Shown in pieces: positions 1 to 10,850 of a stretch of 38,292 nt of DNA (within the stretch, counting starts at the first letter, position 1; every line of letters begins with the position of its first letter). The notes under the pieces were generated by a model. It worked only from the letters and a program-made list of their open reading frames with translations, did not search any database and had not been told where the DNA came from. This DNA is from Catajapyx aquilonaris (taxonomy: Eukaryota), in contig JYFJ02003745.1 of NCBI GenBank assembly GCA_000934665.2, positions 1 through 38,292 of the forward strand, given 5' to 3'. A program made the translations under genes and the position numbers.

Positions 1-803
1 AGTCTTGATTTTTGGACACAGCCCACCAGACGCCTAGTTCCGCTCAATCTGGCCAGATGGCGATGTCTGTGCATGGCCATTAATGCAGGGTACTGTACCT
101 TGCATGGTGCATTTTCTAGAATTCTTTTACTTTGGCCCCATCATTTGTAGACACCCTGTATTTGAGGATTTTGGTTTTTTGACTGCCTCGAGGTCAAAAA
201 CAAAACAAAATGAATGGTCACTATGAGTTACGAGTGACCTAAGGAACACGAAAATGGCCATGAAATTCTATGGACAGAAATAAAAGTTGATTTTTGTTGA
301 ATAGTGTTATAAAATGTTATATGACCACCAGTTGGTACTCTCCGACTGCCATAAGAGTGAACCTTTTGGGAAATCCTTCCGCGTTTCCATAGCAATGTCA
401 ACAGAGCAAGGTGGCCAGACATGGAAATTCTTCGCAGCTTATAATCCTGTTTTTGGATTATTTTAAAATGGTTAACATCAGATTCGATAGCATGAAGTGG
501 TAAATGGTCCTAGCATGGTACTTAATTATAATGGTTCAAGTGAAGGGCTCCAAATACGTCTCTACAGGCGCCAAATTCCACCAGGTAAAACACCCCGATC
601 TGGCAACAAAAGCAGGTACAGATAAATCAAAACATTTTACTCTACATCGTATTCCCGAAACCGGCCATTTCTTTTGTACAGTTAAGGTCCACTCTTATAG
701 TAGTCGGAGTATAGTCTCAAAGTTATTAGTTAAGCAGTGTGATATTCTGGCAACTCTACTGTAGCAAATGCACAAACGATGGGGTAATAGGAATAATCAT
801 GAC

Positions 804-2452
804 CAGGGCCCTGCAGGGGGGGGGGGGGNCAGCCGACAGAAACTTACTGGGAAAAATACCCAATCCCAATGGCGTCTTAACACATTAGGGCCGAATCATT
901 TCTGGAGGCCCCATTTCAATAGTGACTTATAATTCCCAAATTTTGGCAATAATAATAATAATAAGCCAATTTGGGGCCCCTATTTAGGTTGGGGACTCGG
1001 GGCCCTATAATTCAATACCGGCTCTTAAATGGCAATTTTTTCCAATAGAAATTCGCCAATTTGGGCCCCCCTGTTTCAGTCGGGGGCTATTGGAGCCTCT
1101 CCATATGCAAGGATTCGATCAGACATTCAGACTTGCCCAAACACTCACTAATTCTCTCACCCTGAAAATGCAACCACTCAAGATGTGGGGAAAAGGAAAA
1201 GGGCTTGCCTACATAGAGTACAGTTCTGTTTAAAGGGGAACTAGCCGAAATTTTGAAGGCCTTAAAATGAGCCCTTGGCGAATATTGTTTCTGGTTAGTA
1301 AAAGTGATCAAAACCCAATGAACATAATTACGTACATCAAAAGACGGAGGAAGACGAGGAGAATGCAACAATATAGTTAGCTTTACTCGAATATGTAACC
1401 AGAAAACCGTGTGTCATCATTCCATCGGTCACATATCTCATAATTTGGGCCCCCTAAAATTAGTGATGAATCTGCAAAACATCCCTCATATTTTACCTGG
1501 TTTCAAATTGAACATAACCTTAAACCTTAGAGCTTATGGTGGTCAAAACTCATGTCACGAAATATGACTGAAGTTACGCAAACACATCACTAATAATTAT
1601 CGGAGTCCAAGTTCTTGGACATGTGACTGAGCATGTGATGAATATAGAACGAATGGCACACGTTTTTCTGCTTACATTTTTGAGGAGAATGTGTTAATTT
1701 CATAGTTCCATTTTCTAGTCTTTTTACTTCATTTGTTTACTGGGTTTTGACCAATTCCACTAACCGAAAATGTCCTTCCAAAAAAGGCCTCAATTTAGCA
1801 ATTTCCCAAATTCGCGAATTTATCCCTCCTCACGGTATTGAGCAATATGGATGAAACTTGATATTTAGCATTATGGAATGGTTGTGCACTTCTGTGTTTA
1901 TTTCCACCAAAATCCGAGAGGGTCAAGCAATGTTTCGTCCCACTTGATTCGGAATGACCCCAAGATTTTTTCGATGACTTTGGTTCTTTGACAGCCACAA
2001 TTAACGTTGAAGACGAAATTCAGACAGAGTGATAGGTCATTATGAGTTACCATGACCTAAGGAACATAGGGCTACAAATGGCGATTAATTTCCAAGAACA
2101 AAAATGTTGATTTTTGTTACATATTGTAATTATTATAAATGCCTCCTGTCGGGCATTAAAACCCCTAATTAATTAAGATACTATGTGTGCAAAGGAGCCA
2201 TGACATTGCAATAGTAGGGGCTCGGTTCCCCAATACCCTATTTGTGTGCATTTATAGCCCTTTTCCTCTTTTCCGCATCTCGACTGGCTGCATTTCCAGG
2301 GTGTGCATATTGTTCTGTGCTTGTGCAAGGGAAATCAGTTGGCTACCTACTGGCGCATCTCATTGACTGACTTTGTACATTTTATGTCGTTATAAGAAGG
2401 GGCCTCTAACATGATCCTGCCCCGGGCCTCAGACAAGCTCTGCAGGGCCCTG
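804..2452. mobile_element. Non-autonomous hAT-like DNA transposon carrying a nested repeat
   Basis: TIRs CAGGGCCCTGCAG (804) and CTGCAGGGCCCTG (ends 2452). Perfect 8-bp TSD ATCATGAC at 796-803 and 2453-2460. Repeated GGGGCCC subterminal motifs at about 900-1090. Confidence 0.75.
1234..2130. mobile_element. Interspersed fold-back repeat, family shared with about 170-330 and about 19160-20090
   Basis: Shared motifs GAGGAGAATGC, ATGTAACCAGAAAA, TTGATTCGGAATGAC and TATGAGTTAC..TGACCTAAGGAACA; the last occurs at all three loci. Internal imperfect inverted arms. Boundaries approximate. Confidence 0.55.
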
Positions 2453-2469
2453 ATCATGACTGTTAAACT

Positions 2470-2715
2470 CGAAGCAGGTTGGCATGGTGGATAAGGCGTC
2501 CGACTGCTAATCGGGAGGTCCTGGGTTCGAATCCCGGGGCCGACGATCCTGACCTGTGGTTTTCTGTGGTTTCCCACGTTCACCCCAGGAGAATTCCGGG
2601 ATTGCTTCCTAAAATAATAGGCCACAGCCGCTTCCTTCCTTCCCTATCCTTGGAGGTTGAAGAGGCAATACCGGGCCAACCTCTCTCATATCAATAAATT
2701 ATAAAGTTAAACAAA
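2470..2715 (+). mobile_element. tRNA-derived SINE, family A, near full-length
   Basis: Pol III A-box-like TGGCATGGTGG and B-box GGTTCGAATCC. Body ends GGCCACAGCCGCTTCCTTCC followed by an A-rich tail. Further copies at 5521-5740 and 12483-12596. Confidence 0.85.
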
Positions 2716-2776
2716 ATATACATATTGCCCGAGTCACTCTTTCATTGCCCATGTTGTAATCAGGTGAAGTCTACAC

Positions 2777-3007
2777 CAGAGCTTCCCAAACTGTTGGTCG
2801 CGACCCCATTTGGCGTCGCGAGGGACGGCAACAAACTATATCGTATTTTAACAAAATCATTCTCTCTCTGGAAAAATATGCCTGTAAACGAGAAATTTTA
2901 TTAATTTATAAATGATTGCCACTAACAGATGAAAATTGGAAGTAGGGGTCGCGAATTTTACGAGACGATTTTCTGGGGTCACCAACGAAAAAGACTGAGA
3001 AGCCCTG
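2777..3007. mobile_element. hAT (Buster/Charlie-like) MITE
   Basis: Ends CAGAGCTTCCCAAACT and AGACTGAGAAGCCCTG. 8-bp TSD GTCTACAC / CTCTACAC (7 of 8 match). Subterminal GGTCGCGA motifs. Confidence 0.7.
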
Positions 3008-3024
3008 CTCTACACTCTCTACAG

Positions 3025-3310
3025 CAGTTGTTCTCAAACTTTTTGGGCCGCGGAACCCTATTTACCTCATAATTCTTTCGCGGAACCCTGAACACTTATC
3101 TTAACTCATAATTTATGCTAGGAATACCTATAAGTATTTTTATTGTTAAATGGTAGGGCAAGGTTATGTTAATTTTTTTTTCAAGGCAATGATGCAATTG
3201 TTTTTTAGGTACAAAATTTTATTTTTTATATTTTCCAAATCTTTTGCGGAACCCCTACGCTGGTGTCACGGAACCCTAGGGTTCCGCGGAACACAGATTG
3301 AGAACCGCTG
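3025..3310. mobile_element. hAT (Buster/Charlie-like) MITE
   Basis: Ends CAGTTGTTCTCAAACT and AGATTGAGAACCGCTG. Perfect 8-bp TSD CTCTACAG at 3017-3024 and 3311-3318. Repeated CGCGGAACCC subterminal motifs. Confidence 0.8.
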
Positions 3311-3352
3311 CTCTACAGTATAAGTAAATCAACGAATGGCAAGAGGACTGAC

Positions 3353-3447
3353 CTTTTCAACATGAAATCTGGAGAGAAGGCTGCTAGAAATATTACTGCT
3401 GCGGCGTCTGCGACCAGCACGGTGAACCTGAATCTCCACCATTCCAC
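3353..3447 (-). CDS. Candidate 95-nt internal exon of an unidentified gene
   Basis: Minus-strand acceptor ctccttttatcttgtcctgacag| and donor AAG|gtcagt. Two of three frames are open, e.g. GMVEIQVHRAGRRRRSSNISSSLLSRFHVEK. Lies in non-repetitive sequence. Confidence 0.35.
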
Positions 3448-4171
3448 CTGTCAGGACAAGATAAAAGGAGACATGTCATTCCTATGGAATAGCTTTAGCA
3501 GGCAATCAGGACACTTCCAAATCTCAGTTCTGCCACTGAAGACCTGCCTCAGTGCCACTTATTTCAGATTTCCCTTTACCTGGCCATCTGTATGAATTGA
3601 GCATTTTTGACTAGCAACGTCGACAATGAACGTTACGATAACGTTCTGCACAGTATCGGTACGTGTTTGACTAAAATATTAGGGTCGTATCGTAGTGCTG
3701 TATCATATCGTATCTAGTATATACTGTATACGATGGCAAATCAATAAGTAACGCACAATAATTTGTTTCGAGACAAGTTTAATGTCAATAACAAATGTTT
3801 TATAGGTGACAGCAAGGAACAGTGTTGGGCTATATTTCAACATATAAACCGTTTCTGTGTATGAATTTGTCTCACCCTGGCACAAGGTTAAAGATGCCAC
3901 GATTTTAGAGCTCCGTTTTTGCTATAACTTACGGCCTTTTTTTCAACGGAGCAAAGAGACGAAAGTCGCTCTGCGTAAGGTCAGGTCCATGTCCCTTTGT
4001 CAGGCCCCTTTGTGCATCAAAAGAGAACCAACCAGCGAAAACGAGCCAGCAAAGATAGCGAATGTGTTAGCATGATCCACGCTTATCCCCATATAATAAT
4101 AGCCTTATTTTTTTCGCCTCCGGAACGCTCCAGAACAGCCCACGGACAGTTATACTACGTTCTGGCGTTAT

Positions 4172-4469
4172 CACCTGCCGAGGCATTTTGCAGCGATTTC
4201 TCACCTGAGACCGCCATGAGACATTTCGGAGCCTCGACAAGTGGCGACCCTACCGGACCAAGGTTGAACTTTATAGGTACGAAAGGGGGGGGGGGCTACA
4301 TGATGACCCAACATGGCCGCCGGCGCCCATGTTGGGCCCCCCAATGTAGCCCCCCCTTTCGTACCTATAAAGTTCAACCTTGGTCCGGTAGGGTCGCCAC
4401 TTGTCGTGGCTCCGAAATGTCTCATGGCGGTCTCAGGTGAGAAATCGCTGAAAAACGCCCCGGCAGTGG
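4172..4469. repeat. Near-perfect palindromic fold-back/MITE-like element, arms about 140 bp
   Basis: CAGCGATTTCTCACCTGAGACCGCC...GGGGGGCTACAT is mirrored by ATGTAGCCCCCC...GGCGGTCTCAGGTGAGAAATCGCTG, centre near 4320. ORFs on both strands share the same peptide, confirming the symmetry. Confidence 0.9.
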
Positions 4470-5104
4470 GGAGGTGGGAGTGACCTAACCTGTCTTCTAT
4501 AACCATGCTCCAGAAGCAGGATAACCGCCATGAGTGCCGTCTCCCCCTAGGGTGGGGGAGGCACCCATGTAGGGAACCCTGTCCAGAAGAAGGGCCCTTA
4601 GTGAGTGCTGTGCCACCTTTTGGTCACGCCGCAATTTTCCCTTCCCACCACCTATTTCCTTTCCCGCCAATACAGACCCCTGGTGAGTGTTGCCACCTTC
4701 TCATCACGGCACTAAATCATCAGGACGGGGGGAGTAGTGGCTGGGGTCCCCTGCCTTACCGCCAATTTCCTTTCCCGCCTAAACTCCTGAGCGCCAATTT
4801 CCTTTTAATACCGCCGGAAGTCCTTGCCGCCATAAGCCCTAGCTTACCGCCACTTTCCCTTCCCGCCAATACAGGTCTGCCAACTGATTCAATATGAGCC
4901 TCAGAATATTCAGAAAGCTGTCATAGAAGCTGCTACTTTCAGCCCCACTTTCTAACTATGCCGCCATCTTGGATCCGGATCTAGCTACCTACCGTATTAT
5001 GATTTTCAGCGGATAGCTTAGACTTATTTGGCGACATCGCATGAACCTCCCGGAGCAAGCAAACAAGATATCAGCGGTGGGATCAGCAGGGGATTGGAGG
5101 TTGG

Positions 5105-5270
5105 CAAAGCCACAATAACGTTCGTTGGCCTCCGCCGCCACAAGACGCAGAGTACTGTAAATGTTGCGAATACGAAACCCAGAATAATCGCCCAGCTCCG
5201 CTTCCGCTCCGCATTACCTAAAAATATGCAGGGCGACGAACCCTCCCTGGCGGGGCCACAGCAGATGACA
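5105..5270 (+). repeat. Interspersed repeat family B (CAAAGCCACAATAACGTTCGTTGGC)
   Basis: The same 25-mer and downstream homology occur at 12725-12900 (+) and about 36500-36685 (-). Confidence 0.75.
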
Positions 5271-5329
5271 GTGGAGATAATGGATACCCCGTGATAAGCC
5301 TCCTTCAGCTTTTTAGGGGATCATCTTTT

Positions 5330-5514
5330 AATTGACAGACTTTAATCATTGCCTGCGCTGTGATGGATTTTGATTGTGGGAGGAAACGGGAGAATCCCCG
5401 AGAAAACCCACGCGAACACGGAGAGAACCCATTCAAGCATAGACTCTGTCCGATCCGGGGATCGAACTCGGGACCTTAGAGGTGGCAGGCTGCGGCGCTA
5501 ATACTCCTCCACCC
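5330..5514 (-). mobile_element. tRNA-derived SINE with a V-domain/Meta-like conserved core
   Basis: Minus strand: tRNA-like head with B-box GAGTTCGATCCCC, then GTTCTCTCCGTGTTCGCGTGGGTTTTCTCGGGGATTCTCCCGTTTCCTCCCACA, which resembles the recalled V-SINE central domain. Confidence 0.65.
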
Positions 5515-5520
5515 AACAAC

Positions 5521-5740
5521 CGAAGCAGGTTGGCATAGTGGATAAGGCTAATCGGGAGGTCCTGGGTTCGAATCCCGGGGCCGGCAACCTTGACTGTGGT
5601 TTTCTGTGGTTTTCCACGGTCTTTCTAGGATAATTCCGGGGTCGCTTCCGCATAATAGGCCACAGCCGCTTCCTTCCTTCCCTATCCTTGGAGGTTGAAT
5701 GGCAAAATGCTGGGCCAACCTCCTTAAATATCAATTAAAG
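5521..5740 (+). mobile_element. tRNA-derived SINE, family A, copy 2
   Basis: Colinear with 2470-2715, with a short deletion in the tRNA head. B-box GGTTCGAATCC is intact. Confidence 0.85.
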
Positions 5741-5962
5741 TGTCGCCCAACAGATGACAGTATTGTTGCGGTACCATAAAGCCATACACTCCTACAGCAT
5801 CACCTACACAAAGGGCAACTCCATCCCTCATGTTGCCGCGTCACTCAAATATGTCCGTATCAGCTATTATTATTATTATTATTATTATTTTTTATTAGCC
5901 TCAATCATAGCCTGCTGGATCCGGATCCAAAAGTCTTAGTAAGTTGATTGACATAATGTCAT

Positions 5963-6363
5963 CCCAGCCTATGCCATGGACGATCAACAACTCGCAGGGG
6001 TTAGCAGCATTTCCCTGGATGAACCTGTCTTCTCACAATCATGGCCAGCTGTATGTGGCACTGTCCCGGTCTCGCAACCCAAGTCAGGTCAAAGTGTTCC
6101 CTACTCCTACTGCTCAACACGGAACATTGCTCTCCAACAACAGAGTGTTTACACAGAATGTTGTATATCGCGAGGTTTTATGAAAACTTTTCTCATGTCC
6201 GATTCAGGAACTGCACAGTATGTCCCTTGATTCAATGCCACTCAATTTTTCAACCCCGTCTTACGACCAGCTATACACGAGCCCTCTTATTCAATTTTTT
6301 CATTACCATTCATTCTTCCTCATTATTGCAGGTTTTGCCAAATTTTGGCTACGGGTGCGCTAG
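5963..6363 (+). mobile_element. Helitron 3' fragment: frameshifted Pif1-type helicase C-terminus plus 3' terminus
   Basis: Motifs PAYAM/TINNSQG, EPVFS, HGQLYVALSR and TQNVVYREVL* of Helitron RepHel. Hairpin GCCAAATTTTGGC (6337-6349) lies 10 nt before CTAG|T (6360-6364). Confidence 0.85.
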
Positions 6364-6369
6364 TTGATA

Positions 6370-6500
6370 AATAAGCTTCTGGGTTTTTTTTTGTGGACGA
6401 ATGGCAAAACGCCCACCCAAATTCACACAGACATGGCAGAAGTGTATGGGAATACCTGCACCTTCATGCAGTCGCAGATGTGTGCAGACCTGACCATGGA
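6370..6500 (+). pseudogene. Mariner transposase N-terminal HTH remnant
   Basis: FLWTNGKTPTQIHTDMAEVYGNTC matches the mariner N-terminal pattern FLxxxGxxPxxIHxxMxxVYG. Confidence 0.6.
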
Positions 6501-6708
6501 CCTGAACTTTCGAGCGGCTTTCGTCTCTTTGCTCCAGCGAAAAAAGGCCGTATGGCAAAAAACAGAGCTCTAAAATCGTGGCATGTTAACCGTGCCACGG
6601 TGAGGCAAATGCATCAACAAATGTGGTTCATTGAAACTTATGTTGAAAAATAGCCAAATATTGTTCCTTGCTGTCACCTATAAAACAGTTGTTATTGACA
6701 GTAACCAA

Positions 6709-6945
6709 GGAGACGAAGTGGCCCTGCGGTAACGTATATGCCCACGGATTTTAAGGTCCCGGGTTCGATCCCAGCCCGGGGTTCCCCCTTCATCTCGTGT
6801 AGAGTTGGGCCATCTCTGGCTTCGTCTCGGGTGGAATTTCCTTAGACATATCCACCCGGGGGAGTTCATAAAATGACATTAGCAACGACATTGCACTGCA
6901 GTTTGCACATCCCCTCCTGTCATCCTGCCCGGGCCCTGGCGTTTC
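6709..6945 (+). mobile_element. tRNA-derived SINE, family C (3'-truncated)
   Basis: B-box GGTTCGATCCC. Body homologous to the reverse-strand copy at 30102-30429 (CGTCTCGGGTGGAATTTCCTTAGAC, TTGCACATCCCCTCCTGTCATCCTGCCCG). Confidence 0.8.
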
Positions 6946-7011
6946 GCAAAATGGTTCCGATATGTAGGCTACATATATCTAATGTACAATTGAGTAAGCA
7001 CTAGCCCTACG

Positions 7012-7078
<67 letters not shown>
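7012..7078. repeat. (ATC)n microsatellite
   Basis: About 22 perfect units. Confidence 0.97.
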
Positions 7079-7307
7079 CAGGCCTGCGAAATAATACTTT
7101 TATTTTTTCTGCACAATTTTGTGTTTCGAATGTCAGGACCGACGAACCTTCGCTGCTGACAGACCCTGGAAACTTAAGACTACTTCCCAGGTACATGAAA
7201 TATCACCATCTTTTGTACGTCATCAGGTCCAATGTATAGGCTACTGTATATGAGTAATAATAAAGGTCCGTGCCATATAACTCGTAAGGAGTTCATGCAC
7301 TACCCGG

Positions 7308-7372
<65 letters not shown>
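7308..7372. repeat. (ATT)n microsatellite
   Basis: About 21 perfect units. Confidence 0.97.
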
Positions 7373-7373
<1 letters not shown>

Positions 7374-7560
7374 CAGTGAAACCTGCCCATAAAGGACCCT
7401 GGATACAGCGGAAACCTATCCATTACGGAATTTCTTCCGGGAATGAGCATATGCATAGGGCATACAATGTATTTTTGACAGGATATAGCGGAACCTGCCC
7501 AACGCGGAAACGGAAGGGATTTTTGGCTCCCTTCAGAGAAAATCCCTGTTCATAGCGGAA
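7372..7560 (+). mobile_element. Left end of a pogo/Tigger-like Tc1/mariner MITE
   Basis: TA|CAGTGAAACCT start with repeated AGCGGAAACCT/AGCGGAACCTG subterminal motifs. Matching right end not found. Confidence 0.5.
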
Positions 7561-10355
7561 ATCAAAAGGTTCGCATTATATCCTGCGAGTCACAAAAATA
7601 GAAACCACAGCCTGGTTATATCGGCAATTCCAGGTGGCCTCTTGAGTAACCCTTTTTGGACCACGTGTGTCTAGTAATTTCTGGAATTGCTATCTTACAA
7701 ACATTTAGTGAAAGGAAAAAAGGATATCAAGGTGGGGTGGGGCACGACCAGTCCCCCGGGATATTGTCCCGGGGAAAAGGCCTGGAGTGAAACAGCTAGG
7801 CAACGGATTTCTTAGAGTGAACAGACACGCCCCCCCGGGCGAACCAATGGGGTCGCCTGTATGACTGTGCGTCACAGTGAGGTTGCCAGGTGAAATATAA
7901 TAAATGTAATTGACGGTGTATTTTAAAAAGGAATTCGACCGATATCAATTATTTGGTTCTGACATAATTTATGAACACTAAAGCATTATTTAGAATAGCG
8001 TTATTAGTTACTAACGCGAAAAATTAAAATCAGCAACCTTGCCACATGGGGACTACTTGCAAGGCGAGAGACAAAAGAGCATCGGGATCCGTGCCCGCGT
8101 AATTTCGAAGCATTGTTCCAATCCAAGGCAACGGTGTTCGAATCTATTCTTTTCACTTCTTTTCGGCGCGCATAAGCACCATCGGAATAAGGTGTCCGGC
8201 TCTGGCGGAGGGATACATGTTGTTATGGTGCCAAAGTGGTGGGGGGGGGGAGAAGTTGGGGAGGAGGGAGGAGGGAGGAGAGAAGTTTGTTTGGGGGCGG
8301 GGCCATGGGCCCAGCAGTTCACTCTAAGAAATCCATTGCCTTTAGCAGAGTACAATGCATGATGGGCGGAAGCAAAAGGAAAAGTCACATGACATATGCT
8401 GGCAGAAAGTATAGAGTGAAACGAATGGGGGTAATCAAATATGCACCGAGATAAAGGTGATGCAAGGCAGCATCAGACTGCATTGAACTGTAGGATGTTT
8501 AGACATAGTAAAACCGGTACGGTCACTCACGCATATGCCCCGGGTTTGTAATATATCTTTTGAAAGAGAGCGTCATTATCTACACAAATGCAAATAAAAT
8601 CAATAAAAAATGGCATTTTTGAATAAAAAATGTATTTTTCAGGCCTGCTTTCTCATATGACCATACTTTGACCAGGTGTATCTCTTCTTTGAATGCAGAT
8701 ATTAATGGTATTATTTGTCCTTACAACATGCCCTTTAACAACGTTGTACATAATTGGTTTCATTTGTATAACCTTAATAATAACTCCATAATAAATTGCG
8801 TACTAAGTGAATTTGCAGCAAAACAAGCACTTTTGGCGATTTTTTTGAAGATGACTGTACCAGTAAATTACGGCATTGTGCATACCGAATTTTGATATAA
8901 TTATATAATAGAACCCATGCTACTTTGTTATACAAAAAATAACTATTGAATATCTAAAATGGCTTCTTCGAGAAAATATTTATAAGAAGTGTGCTATATT
9001 GTAGCACAATGACGAAATTTGTCATCTGAAAAAAATTGTATCTCACTTACAAAAAGTATGCACCGGGTTTTGACGCCACCTCATTTTAAAACCTGTCTGT
9101 CCGTGTAAAATAAAAAATAAAAGGGAAAAATAAAAAATTGGGTTTTTGAGAAAATAATTTTTGAAATATGCGTGTTTTCGCTTGTTGCCATATTTTCACC
9201 TCGCATATCTCAACTACACGCGGAGCTAGCAAAGGTTTTATTGCATAACCTTTAGGGGGTCACCGAGTATGTCACAAAATATAATCGGCATAACCGTCAC
9301 GTTTACCATAACGCCGTAATAAATTGCGAAATATGCGAATTTTGACCAAAATATGAAATGTTGGAGATTTTTTTGCAGGTGACTGTACCATTAAATAAGG
9401 TAAATTTATGCATTACATAACAGCGTGTTATTCTAAAAGCATGAGTTTAAAATTTCATGTTGGTTTTCAGAACAGTTCCCGAGATATACTCATTGAAAGC
9501 AATGGAAAAAGTGCACCTTCCCGTGAAGGTTATTTTGGTACGCCTTGAAAGACATATTAATATCTCGATAACTAAATTTAATCTCGTAAAACTGATTGCT
9601 CCATAAGGGTTCAATTGGATGTGGGTTTCACATATATATATTTTTAAAAAATCGAAGACCATGACTGGGCACCCTCTGTCTGGATTGAAATGGAACCACC
9701 CTACTACGTAGTAAAGAGCCTACATCATGGTTTTCAGACCTGAAGTACAGCCGGCTGCACTGTACCTTAACAAATTAAAGGCCCTGCACGCTTGAAACTT
9801 ACACTATTCCTTTTTGACCATGCACTATTCCGCGACTATTCCTCTTAGGAACCTATTAGAATGCCACCAGCCGGGAACTGGCTTGATATGACCATTTCAA
9901 AATAGTAAATAGACATGTTTACCGAAGAGCCGAGCACGGAGCACCACGTGGTCACTTCTTCCCATCCGCGCGCCGTCTTTGACACTATCTATATTATCGA
10001 TAATCGATATTATGCCGTCAAGGTCCGGCGCAAATGATGAATGGGGTTAATTTATTGAGAACGTTTGAAAACATCAACACTTTTACACTTGTGCATTACG
10101 TATCATGACATGCTATAGGGGGGGGGGNNNNGGGGGGGGGGGCCTGCCCCCCCTGGCCCCCCTAGTTACGCCAATGCGTATTTTCCCCGAAATCAGCATC
10201 AAAAAATACACAAGAAACACCTCTCACATTGAAGAAAAAAATTTCATTGCAGGCCTGTGTTGTTATTGTTGTTGTTGTTGTTATTAACATTAACCTTGGC
10301 TCGTAAAAATTTAGTGTGCTTTAGGCCTACTTATTGATTTTCTCTTGTATATATA

Positions 10356-10850
10356 CGAGGGCTGTTCGAAAAAACATGAACTTTTTCTATACAGACTCTA
10401 TAGCTCAACTTGCAACATTTTAAGCACTGTCCCCTTGAAAGTAGTTCCCTCTACCTTTTATTCCATTGTTGGAATGCTTCCTGGAACGCACTTTCTGTGA
10501 TAGCGCGCAGTGCTCTTGTAGCATTGTCCTGAATCGCCTCTATGGTTCGGAAATATTTCAAATTGGTTTTAAGTTTTGAATATTGCAAAAAGTCTGCACG
10601 GAGAATAGGGTAGATTGGCACAACGGATGTCTGATGTAGCCAGATAGCTGATGACTAGGAGCGATGTGTGAGCCGGCGCATTGCATTGGAACAATATCAC
10701 ACAATTTTCCACAATTTAGGCCTTTCCTAGGCACAGAAGCGTGCCCTCAAACGGACTAAAACATTCAGGTACAATACTGTTTGTCTGCCAATATGACAAC
10801 ATGGTCCAAATTCATAAAGAAAAATACCAACTTGTCCAGGGCTGTTGGCA
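10356..10850 (-). pseudogene. Decayed mariner element: 3' TIR plus transposase catalytic-region remnant
   Basis: TA|CGAGGG terminus at 10354-10361. Minus-strand remnants GIFLYEF..QTVLYLNVLVRLR and NAPAHTSL (HDNAPAH motif region). Confidence 0.65.

Noticed and set aside
2470..2545. SINE heads as true tRNA genes (also at 5521, 6709, 19101 and 30429)
   Set aside because: Incomplete cloverleaves continuing into longer SINE-like bodies, most of them multi-copy.
3997..4506. 147-aa and 101-aa ORFs on opposite strands
   Set aside because: They share peptide sequence because they cross a palindrome; not genes.
6969..7555. Poly-Met, poly-Tyr and poly-Ile ORFs
   Set aside because: Translations of (ATC)n and (ATT)n microsatellites. 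The same applies to 17818-18237.
8490..9702. AT-rich stretch that looks like DNA-transposon interior, ending TTGAAATGGAACCACCC
   Set aside because: No partner TIR, TSD or second copy found in the window.
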